Virus record (IMG/VR): IMGVR_UViG_3300022752_000054
Span: 1 to 64,000 of that record
Length of the DNA: 64,000 nucleotides
Source of the DNA: a virus
Strand: one strand, 5' to 3'
The notes below the pieces were generated by a model that had not been told where the DNA came from, searched no databases, and was given only the letters and a program-made list of their open reading frames with translations. Position 1 is the stretch's first letter. The number at the start of each line of letters is the position of its first letter. The position numbers were made by a program, and so were the translations under genes. Below, piece by piece: positions 56,062 to 63,316 of this stretch.

Positions 56062-56258
56062 AGTCCTGACAGGTTCTCGAACGTTTCCGAGACCCGTCCC
56101 ATCATGGACACCGCGTCGACGAGGCTCATGATCCGGCTTTCTTCTCCGACCTTCACGTGGATTCGTCCGTGATTCGAGACAGAGAAGACGAGATCGCCCA
56201 GTTCGTAGGCGGTGGTCCAACGTTCGAGGCGGGAGGCTAGATCGATGACTTTGAACAT
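56058..56258 (-). CDS. hypothetical protein
   Basis: class I promoter at 56265-56294, 6 nt before ATG. Confidence 0.65.
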   Translation of the reverse strand: MFKVIDLASRLERWTTAYELGDLVFSVSNHGRIHVKVGEESRIMSLVDAVSMMGRVSETFENLSGL

Positions 56259-56371
56259 GGTGTCAGGGTATCATGTTCTGACAGGACATTACACTGAGAA
56301 TTTTAATTTTCTACCCTTCATCCACCCATCTTCTAGATAGACCTGAGTACAAAAAGTGTTACCGCTCTTCG

Positions 56372-56459
56372 CGGAGAAGGAGAGATTCGAACTCCCGGTG
56401 GGCTTTCACCCACGACGGTTTTCTAAACCGTTGCTTTACAACCACTCAGCCACTTCTCC
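56372..56459 (-). tRNA. tRNA-Ser(AGA)
   Basis: GGAGAAG/CTTCTCC-G73; ACGGT-TTAGAAA-ACCGT; long variable arm; GTTCGAATC. Confidence 0.88.
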
Positions 56460-56465
56460 AAATAT

Positions 56466-57074
56466 TTACTCGTACAACTCAATAAAGTTTTGTCCATATT
56501 TCATGACAACATAGTCCAATATAGGCCGCATGTCATCTTCGTACAAAACTTTAATATCGGGATTTGATTTAATTTTTTCTTCCCATTGAGGAGTCTTATA
56601 TCCTTTTATCTCGACTAGAGAATCTTCTACCAAGAAATCCGGGATATAATTCTTGTCTTTACCTTCCCATGTATATGATCTTTTTTCTAGATTCCTGACA
56701 ATGCTAATTCCCTTGTCAAGACAATAGATAACATAAGCTAATTCCCAGCTGCTGTCACAAAAAAATCCTTTATACCATCCTTTTTTACCTCGACCTGAAC
56801 CTTTAATGTAACCTCCTAAATTTCTTTTCTTTGCTAGTTCAGATAATTTTTGTTTGAATTCTTCTGAATGTTTGCAACCCTTTAATCCCTTTAACCCCTT
56901 GTTCCAAGATTTAAATCCGGTTTTACCTTTATTCCAAGGTACGCTTCCTTTTTGTGCACCAGCTTTTTCAGAATGAATAAATTTTACTTTTTCTGGATTT
57001 AATTTGCAACGCATTTGGTGCGCCACAAGAGAACCTCTATTATTGATTTCTTTGCTGCAGAATTTACAATTCAT
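56466..57074 (-). CDS. zinc-finger/NUMOD3 + PD-(D/E)xK free-standing endonuclease
   Basis: CKFC...HQMRC; PWNKG; KHSEE; CDSSWEL...YIPDF...EIKG. Confidence 0.8.
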   Translation of the reverse strand: MNCKFCSKEINNRGSLVAHQMRCKLNPEKVKFIHSEKAGAQKGSVPWNKGKTGFKSWNKGLKGLKGCKHSEEFKQKLSELAKKRNLGGYIKGSGRGKKGWYKGFFCDSSWELAYVIYCLDKGISIVRNLEKRSYTWEGKDKNYIPDFLVEDSLVEIKGYKTPQWEEKIKSNPDIKVLYEDDMRPILDYVVMKYGQNFIELYE

Positions 57075-57132
57075 GCTTTAATTATAAAGCAAAAATTAAG
57101 ACTGTAACATTAAACCAATTTTCTTTGTGCGG

Positions 57133-57204
57133 AGCCCCCGACTGGAATCGAACCAGCTTTCTCCTCATTACAAGTGAGGTGCATGACCATTATGCTACAG
57201 AGGC
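57133..57204 (-). tRNA. tRNA-Thr(TGT)
   Basis: CCTCA-CTTGTAA-TGAGG; cloverleaf. Confidence 0.88.
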
Positions 57205-57210
57205 GTATAG

Positions 57211-57285
57211 TGGACCTGGACGGGATCGAACCGACGAAACCTCCTGAATGCAAATCAGGCGCTCTCCCAACTGAGCTACAGGCCC
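57211..57285 (-). tRNA. tRNA-Ala(TGC)
   Basis: G3-U70; CCTGA-TTTGCAT-TCAGG. Confidence 0.92.
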
Positions 57286-57320
57286 AACATGTCATATATA
57301 TTCTGTTGTCAAGAATTTTG

Positions 57321-57402
57321 TGGGGCATGATGGACTCGAACCACCGAAGTCTTTGACAGCTGATTTACAGTCAGCCCCCTTTGCCGCTCGGGACAATACC
57401 CC
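57321..57402 (-). tRNA. tRNA-Tyr(GTA)
   Basis: GCTGA-CTGTAAA-TCAGC; long variable arm. Confidence 0.92.
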
Positions 57403-57405
57403 ATG

Positions 57406-57480
57406 TGGAGCGGGGTACCGGTAACGATCCGGTCTTTCAGGCTTGGAAAGCCCGTGCACATCCACCTATACCAACCCCGC
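57406..57480 (-). tRNA. tRNA-Gly(TCC), atypical T-loop
   Basis: GCGGGGT/ACCCCGC-T-CCA; loop TTTCCAA; T-loop ATCGTTA. Confidence 0.85.
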
Positions 57481-57502
57481 ATGATTTTTACTATACTTTG
57501 TG

Positions 57503-58066
57503 TTACGTACTTTGTACAGATTTTCTTTGAAATGTTTTGATTTCTGGAAAGTACTTTTTCATGACTCTTCTTACATGAGTGTGAGAACAATTCATAGAAG
57601 AAGATAATTTTGATATCCACCCAAAATGGGTAAGATCAACTTCTTTGATTGCTTGTTTCCATATAACTAATTGTTTGTCAGACAACGCGTTCCATCCGCC
57701 ACCAACTTTCCCTGCTTTAGAAGCGATGTTTGAAAGAATTTCAGATGTTTTCTTTTCTCCATACTTCTTTAGTGTTCTTGAATGAATAGACGTCCATCTT
57801 CCAGCATCTTTTGCGTCTTGCCAATTGTCCTTTGGCGTTCCCCAATAGAGATGAACTGGGTTTGAACAATGTGGATTGTTACACGCGTGGCAAACATAAA
57901 TGTTTCTATTTCCTATAGTTGTTTTTAGGAAGTGTGCCAACAATCCTCTGAAAAGCCTAGAGTCTCCTCCTATTTCTATGCATTCTTCATGCAGTTTGAG
58001 ATGCAATCTTCTCTCTTCACGAGAGAGTTTCATGTGTTCGTGAATGTCTACAAATTCTTGTTTCAT
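57503..58066 (-). CDS. HNH endonuclease
   Basis: VCHACNNPHCSNPVHLYWGTPKDN. Confidence 0.85.
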   Translation of the reverse strand: MKQEFVDIHEHMKLSREERRLHLKLHEECIEIGGDSRLFRGLLAHFLKTTIGNRNIYVCHACNNPHCSNPVHLYWGTPKDNWQDAKDAGRWTSIHSRTLKKYGEKKTSEILSNIASKAGKVGGGWNALSDKQLVIWKQAIKEVDLTHFGWISKLSSSMNCSHTHVRRVMKKYFPEIKTFQRKSVQST

Positions 58067-58111
58067 TTGAACCTACAACATATATATATTGCAAGTTCGA
58101 ATTTGTATCGG

Positions 58112-58186
58112 TGGCTGGGGAACAGGGACTCGAACCCCAATTCGCGGATTCAAAGTCCGCTGTCCTAACCATTGAACGATTCCCCA
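58112..58186 (-). tRNA. tRNA-Gln(TTG)
   Basis: GCGGA-CTTTGAA-TCCGC; CCA encoded. Confidence 0.92.
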
Positions 58187-58191
58187 ATCAG

Positions 58192-58265
58192 CGTCCTTGA
58201 GAGGGCTCGAACCTCTGGCCGGGTGCTTAGAAGGCACCTGCTCTATCCAACTGAGCTACAAGGAC
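58192..58265 (-). tRNA. tRNA-Arg(TCT)
   Basis: GGTGC-CTTCTAA-GCACC. Confidence 0.92.
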
Positions 58266-58270
58266 ATGGG

Positions 58271-58342
58271 CTCCGGGGGTTGGGATCGAACCAACGACCG
58301 GGCGGTTAACAGCCGCCAGCTCTGCCACTGAGCTACCCCGGA
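58271..58342 (-). tRNA. tRNA-Asn(GTT)
   Basis: GGCGG-CTGTTAA-CCGCC. Confidence 0.92.
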
Positions 58343-58373
58343 AAAACCTCCACCCCGACCTGCAGGGTGGAGG
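58342..58373 (-). terminator. terminator-like hairpin abutting tRNA-Asn
   Basis: CCTCCACCC/GGGTGGAGG + TTTTT. Confidence 0.6.
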
Positions 58374-58385
58374 CAGTCACAGCAA

Positions 58386-58637
58386 TCAGCGACGACGCGT
58401 TGGGCGCTCTACTGGTCGAACCTCCGCGAAGTAGGCTGAGTAACCGTCTGGGCGTCGATAGTTGATGTTTGACGCGCATGACTGCGCCTCCTCGCGGGTG
58501 TCGAATGTCGTGGCCTCATCGAACGTACCCCAGACGCCCTGAACTCGACCACTGTACGTTGGCCGGGTAAGGAAGCGGCGGCTGTTGGCCTCACGAACGA
58601 CGTATGCTGTGATTGTGTTGTTGCTCTTGTTTGTCAT
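58386..58637 (-). CDS. hypothetical protein
   Basis: promoter TTGTAA-N17-TAGAAT at 58645-58673. Confidence 0.65.
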   Translation of the reverse strand: MTNKSNNTITAYVVREANSRRFLTRPTYSGRVQGVWGTFDEATTFDTREEAQSCASNINYRRPDGYSAYFAEVRPVERPTRRR

Positions 58638-58709
58638 GGTCTTTATTCTACTCTTTCTTTTTTTGTTTTACAAGCGTGCCATGCAACTAGTTGCACGACG
58701 AAATCTTTT

Positions 58710-58798
58710 TGGAAGGTGGTTACTACCCCGATGTGTGGCCCGGGGATTCACCTGCATATAACATGAGCTTTCCCTGCGACGCCAGGGTCCACAGCTGC
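58710..58798 (-). ncRNA. candidate structured non-coding RNA
   Basis: stems CCCTG/CAGGG, AGGTG/CACCT, CCCCG/CGGGG; possible TGTGG/CCACA pseudoknot. Confidence 0.3.
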
Positions 58799-58839
58799 AA
58801 TATATAATCTAAGTCTCCTGGATGCGTCGGTCTAGGAGA

Positions 58840-58915
58840 TGGTGGGTCCGGTGGGGTACGATCCCACAACTTATCGCTTAAAAGGCGACTACTCTACCAA
58901 TTGAGTTACGGACCC
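58840..58915 (-). tRNA. tRNA-Lys(TTT), atypical T-loop
   Basis: GTCGC-CTTTTAA-GCGAT; T-loop ATCGTAC; CCA encoded. Confidence 0.88.
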
Positions 58916-58925
58916 GTAACAGTAA

Positions 58926-59135
58926 TCAATCTTCCGACCAAGAGATGACTTCGGTCAGAGAATTGAGAACCTCTTTTTCAATTTCTGATTTGATCGTATC
59001 GCTGCTCGGAGATTCAGTATACTTGAACGCTCGATTCCATCCTCGATGGATTCCATCCTCCACCGCACGAGAGATAACCACGTATGTGTTGATCTTCAGT
59101 TCTGCATGCGGTCGAAGTCTTCTTGTGAGCTTCAT
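58926..59135 (-). CDS. hypothetical protein
   Basis: ORF between tRNAs; AVEDGI.RGWNRAFKY. Confidence 0.6.
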   Translation of the reverse strand: MKLTRRLRPHAELKINTYVVISRAVEDGIHRGWNRAFKYTESPSSDTIKSEIEKEVLNSLTEVISWSED

Positions 59136-59142
59136 TGTTGCG

Positions 59143-59218
59143 TGGTGCCTACCGTGGGATTCGAACCCACCCTGTATCGATTTTGAGTCGACTGCCTCTG
59201 CCACTGGGCTACGTAGGC
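59143..59218 (-). tRNA. tRNA-Leu(CAA) with short variable loop
   Basis: GTCGA-CTCAAAA-TCGAT; A73-CCA; class I promoter at 59238-59267. Confidence 0.82.
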
Positions 59219-59261
59219 GTGTTGTTTGGATGTTCTTAATCTACCCCATCGGGGTATCTTT

Positions 59262-59750
59262 TTACACCACTCGAATCATGTTAGGATCGTCGAGGAGATA
59301 TTTGTTCTGACCGACGAGGACCGTGCGGAAAGCACGATCGACAACGTTACCTTCGATGTGCGAAGAGCCTGCCGAGCGCTTCATCTTGACGGTGGTCATG
59401 CCGAGGTACACTGCAAATGTTCCTTGAGGAAGTTGCTCACCGCCAGGGATGTTTGCATACGTCACCGGCCCTCGCATGGTCAGAATGGGCGTTCCTTCTG
59501 ATTTCTTCAAGACAGGAAGCGGGAAGCCAGGAGATGACACTACCTTGGCCGCTGTGGCGAAGGTAATGGGCGATCCTTGGTTGATCTCGTCCCACGCCAC
59601 CCGAGCGGCATCGCTCATTGGAGGTTCAAGGTAGAACCATGGCTCATTGGTCACGCGAGCGATGCCGCTCGGGCGTGGGCGTCGAGGAGCCTTCTTGACC
59701 GCGGGTGTCGCAGACGGATTGGTCCACGTGATCTTCGGCCTGGGCTTCAT
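59262..59750 (-). CDS. hypothetical protein
   Basis: class I promoter at 59757-59786, 6 nt before ATG. Confidence 0.7.
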   Translation of the reverse strand: MKPRPKITWTNPSATPAVKKAPRRPRPSGIARVTNEPWFYLEPPMSDAARVAWDEINQGSPITFATAAKVVSSPGFPLPVLKKSEGTPILTMRGPVTYANIPGGEQLPQGTFAVYLGMTTVKMKRSAGSSHIEGNVVDRAFRTVLVGQNKYLLDDPNMIRVV

Positions 59751-59789
59751 GGTCCAATGGTATCCTATTGGACTTTGACTTTACACTGG

Positions 59790-60407
59790 TCAATCTTTTT
59801 TCTTGGGTTTCATGCCTTTAGACTTCATGTAGGCCGCGAGGATGACATCACGTTTTTTCTGGGGGGCAGAGGCCCATTGCCATAGGATGGAATTCTCGAT
59901 ATTTTTCAGGCGTCCTTCTAGGTCCCCTGCGACCTTCTCCAGTCTGGTCACCGCCGCCATGGATGCCTCAGGTAGGTCCATGCCTAGCTCTAGTGCGACG
60001 GCCACGATCTCGTCGATGGACCCGTCCGCCATGGCTGCTGCAGCCCGCCTGTAGAGTTCCGACTTGGCTACATCTCCACCGGTCTTGTCAGGGTGGGTGG
60101 CGACGGCGATCTTCTTCCAAAGAGCTTTTATTTCGTCTGGGATTTCTGGATCTTCACGCGTCGGAAGATCGGGTTCAGAGGTATGATCCCCTTCGGTCCG
60201 ATCTTCGACGACGGTTGTGGCAGGGCTGGGAGGCGCAGGCGAAGCTGGTTGTTCAGGAGGTTCTTCTGTGTCAGCTACTTTCGAAAGTTCTTCCATGAAC
60301 TGTTTGGTGATGTCGTCCATCGTTTCTTCGTGGTCTTCGATTTCGAGGCGAAGATGTTCCACCTTCAACGTCAGGCTTTTCCACTTGCGTTTGCCGTTGC
60401 CCTTCAT
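59790..60407 (-). CDS. J-domain (DnaJ-like) protein
   Basis: IKALWKKIAVATHPDKTGG. Confidence 0.75.
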   Translation of the reverse strand: MKGNGKRKWKSLTLKVEHLRLEIEDHEETMDDITKQFMEELSKVADTEEPPEQPASPAPPSPATTVVEDRTEGDHTSEPDLPTREDPEIPDEIKALWKKIAVATHPDKTGGDVAKSELYRRAAAAMADGSIDEIVAVALELGMDLPEASMAAVTRLEKVAGDLEGRLKNIENSILWQWASAPQKKRDVILAAYMKSKGMKPKKKD

Positions 60408-60435
60408 GGGCATAAATATTCATGAAAGAATTATT

Positions 60436-60996
60436 CTAGGGGTGGCTCTCGAAATCTGGGTCTTTTAGAGCCCACCGCATGTAAGACTTGATGAACTTTG
60501 ATTTCAGTTCATTCCAACGCATATCGTTGATCTCTATGTTCAATTTCTTGGCGAGCTTGCGACCTCTGTGCCATGCCTCAAATTCTTCTTCGATGACAGC
60601 ACAACGGTGGATGAACTTGCCCTTGACTGCTGGGTCATAAATCGAAGGGTAGCCTAAGGTGAACCTTGGATTGGTCATCCCGTCGCCTGATCCTACGAGG
60701 AGGTGACCACACTCGTGGAGGAGGATGAAGAGTTGGTTCTCGTATGATTGAGTGGAGTTGACGTAAATCTTTTTTTCGTCAGACACGAAGGATCCTGCTT
60801 CACGTCTGTTCGTAAATTCTACTTCTATTTTTCGGGAGGCACACCATGCGACAACGAGGTTTAAACTCGCAGAGGATGTTATATCTACATCCAAACGGGC
60901 CCGAGCCTTGGGCTCGGTGGCAGGATCCTTTGACCTCTGCTTTTCATACCGGGCCCAGGCTCGTTCCTCCCAGAGTCCGCGCTGGAAGGATGGCAT
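60436..60996 (-). CDS. HExxH zinc metallopeptidase (ImmA/IrrE-like)
   Basis: ILLHECGH...EEEFEAW. Confidence 0.7.
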   Translation of the reverse strand: MPSFQRGLWEERAWARYEKQRSKDPATEPKARARLDVDITSSASLNLVVAWCASRKIEVEFTNRREAGSFVSDEKKIYVNSTQSYENQLFILLHECGHLLVGSGDGMTNPRFTLGYPSIYDPAVKGKFIHRCAVIEEEFEAWHRGRKLAKKLNIEINDMRWNELKSKFIKSYMRWALKDPDFESHP

Positions 60997-61000
60997 GTGT

Positions 61001-62119
61001 TCACTTCTTCTTCTTCGGCGTCGTTACCGACTTCGTCTCTGCCGGGGTGAGGGCCTTGGCAGCCTCTCCCTTGTCGACCCCGAAGACCGAGAGGATGTGG
61101 TTGACACACCACTTGTGGACCGACTTGGCGAGCTCGAGGTTGTTGACCCCGCCGGCCGTGAGCTTCGACCAGGCCGCCACTCGGAGCTCCGCGGGGAGGT
61201 CACCCATGAAGTCTCGGAGGTTGGCACCTTGGTTGTCGTCGAGAACCTTCAGGTTCTTCGTGACGTAGTCGGCCACCTTCTCGATGGATACGTTGAGCTT
61301 CTCCTGACCGAGCTTGGCGATCTTCGACTTGACCTTAGCGTAGCCCTCGATGATCTCCTCACCGGTGACCTGAGCGTCGATGGTCTTGACGTAGCCGTGG
61401 AAGGCAATGGTCGCCTCCGTGCCGACGTAACCGAGGCACATCGGGTAGAAGAGGGCGTCATCCGGGAGGTCCGCGACCCCGTTGGAGACCAGAGCGTGGG
61501 ACAGACGCTCCCAGCTGCGGCGGCTGGGGGAGACGGCCGAGGCCTCGCCACCCTTGGGCGGGTCGAGCCACTTCTCGTTGCCGGCGATGAAGGTGATGAT
61601 GTTCTCGTGGATGGCCCCGGACTCCTTGGCCCAAGTGAGCCAGTCCTGCGTGTCCGGCGTCAGGTCGATGGCCCAGAAGCGATCGAGGAGTGCAGGGTCC
61701 ATCTCGTTGACCGAGTAGGCCGCCGAGGAGTTGATGGCCGCGTAGACTCGGGTCTGCGGGTGGAGCTTCCAGCCGTTGAGCTCACGATCCAGGACGACCT
61801 GGAAGGCGGCCTGCATGACCTCGGGAGTGGCGCGGTTGAGCTCGTCGAGGAACAGGGCCACCGGCTTCTTGCAGGCGTTCTTGTACCACTCCGGCGGGTT
61901 GAACCGCGTGACCTCGCCGTCCGTGGACGGGAGACCGATCATGTCGCCTTCGCTCATCTGTGAGAGGCGGCGGTCGATGACCTCGAGACCGAAGCCCTTG
62001 GCCACCTGGCGGACGACCTGGGACTTACCGATGCCGTGGTTACCACGGAGGAGGACCGAGGTCTCCACGGGGAGCTTGGAGGAGACCTTGAGGAACGTGC
62101 GGACGGACATGGTGGTCAT
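61001..62119 (-). CDS. MoxR/AAA_5-like ATPase
   Basis: GNHGIGKS; GDMIGLP; LFLDELNRA; AAIN; MDPALLDRF; SRRSWE; promoter at 62152-62181. Confidence 0.9.
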   Translation of the reverse strand: MTTMSVRTFLKVSSKLPVETSVLLRGNHGIGKSQVVRQVAKGFGLEVIDRRLSQMSEGDMIGLPSTDGEVTRFNPPEWYKNACKKPVALFLDELNRATPEVMQAAFQVVLDRELNGWKLHPQTRVYAAINSSAAYSVNEMDPALLDRFWAIDLTPDTQDWLTWAKESGAIHENIITFIAGNEKWLDPPKGGEASAVSPSRRSWERLSHALVSNGVADLPDDALFYPMCLGYVGTEATIAFHGYVKTIDAQVTGEEIIEGYAKVKSKIAKLGQEKLNVSIEKVADYVTKNLKVLDDNQGANLRDFMGDLPAELRVAAWSKLTAGGVNNLELAKSVHKWCVNHILSVFGVDKGEAAKALTPAETKSVTTPKKKK

Positions 62120-62247
62120 TGCGTTGTTTCCTTGTTAGGAGGTATGGTTAGATACTACCAGGATGTCTGCGGACTTTGCACAGCTTCTCAAAAAAAGTTT
62201 CGACGAAGGGGTCCAGTCTGGATGAGGACCCCAGGTCGAGATGGTGG

Positions 62248-62925
62248 TCACCCCACGGCTGCGACGGGAGATGACTCGTTCGAGAGGGGCTCTTGGATCT
62301 GGAGGACCTCAACATCGCTGGTGAATAGGTACACGGGACGCTTGGCACCGGGGACGTTGACGTAACACCGAATCCGCTGTGCACGATCGACCGTACCGAA
62401 CTTGCCGACGAACCGTGGATCACCACCAATGATGCGGACCTTGGCACCTGCCACGACTCGCTGGCCGAGGGCTCGTTCCGTGGCCTTCGCCCTGTTGAAG
62501 TGCTGGAGGTGGAGCGCAAGGGCCATCGTCTGCTCTGCAGAGAAGTTCGTCGTTGCCTCGTCGAACAAGCGCTGAACCTCGTTCTGCATCGCAGGCAACT
62601 TTGCCGCAGCCGTCTCGATCTTCTTCATGTGGACGGGCTTCTTACCTGAAGTTGCTTCTGCCTTCTCCTCGCGGCGCTTCTGGCGCTCTGCGTCACGGAC
62701 CGCCTTTGCTGCCTCGCGCGCCGCCTTCAGAGCCTCTGTCTTCTGCGACTTCACGACCTCGGGGTGCGTTTCCTTCTTTACCTTAGGCTGCTTCGCAGGT
62801 GCATCGGCCTCTGTGGCGGGTGCCTCACTTGCCTGGCGAGCTGCCTTGCGGGCCTTGGCTGCCGCGAGAGCCTTGTCGATGGCCGAGAGCTTCGTGTCGA
62901 GGTTCGTGTCATTCGTGGTCTGCAT
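62248..62925 (-). CDS. Ala/Lys-rich protein with C-terminal KOW-like domain
   Basis: GAKVRIIGG...GKFGTV; promoter at 62973-63002. Confidence 0.7.
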   Translation of the reverse strand: MQTTNDTNLDTKLSAIDKALAAAKARKAARQASEAPATEADAPAKQPKVKKETHPEVVKSQKTEALKAAREAAKAVRDAERQKRREEKAEATSGKKPVHMKKIETAAAKLPAMQNEVQRLFDEATTNFSAEQTMALALHLQHFNRAKATERALGQRVVAGAKVRIIGGDPRFVGKFGTVDRAQRIRCYVNVPGAKRPVYLFTSDVEVLQIQEPLSNESSPVAAVG

Positions 62926-63032
62926 GTTGTAATCCTTTCCGTGGGTTAGGCTGTTTGCCTGTTGATGTTTCTGTTATACCTTGTTGGCCGGGAACTTTAC
63001 ACTGACGTTTTTTTTATTTTTCTTCCGAGAAT

Positions 63033-63242
63033 TCAGCTGGGTTTGTTACGGTCAGACAGGAGGCGTTTCGCCTCACCTGCTCCTGCTTTCAATCCTCCGC
63101 TGGCGCCTGCGCTGAGAGCTCCGATCTTGGTCTTGATTCCCAGCAGGAACATCTTGAACTTCAAGAACGCCAGCTGAACGTAGGTCTTGGTGACGAGCGG
63201 GATGTAGAAGAACAACCAGATGAGACGTTTGAGAAACTGCAT
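63033..63242 (-). CDS. small hypothetical membrane protein
   Basis: hydrophobic N-half. Confidence 0.4.
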   Translation of the reverse strand: MQFLKRLIWLFFYIPLVTKTYVQLAFLKFKMFLLGIKTKIGALSAGASGGLKAGAGEAKRLLSDRNKPS

Positions 63243-63316
63243 GAAGTTTTTTCTTGCTGGAGGAATGTTGTAACTAGTTGCAATGAAAGGGGTAGGTTAC
63301 CCTACCCCGTGGATGA

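Noticed and set aside
57110-57620. Short ORFs overlapping the tRNA cluster
   Set aside because: They are spurious translations of tRNA genes.
56300-59260. Theta/HDV-like ribozymes at tRNA 3' ends
   Set aside because: I could not find the HDV P1-P3-L3-J4/2 pattern directly after any tRNA by eye; a covariance search would be needed to exclude it.
60908-61963. 351-aa plus-strand ORF
   Set aside because: It is the antisense shadow of the MoxR-like ATPase.
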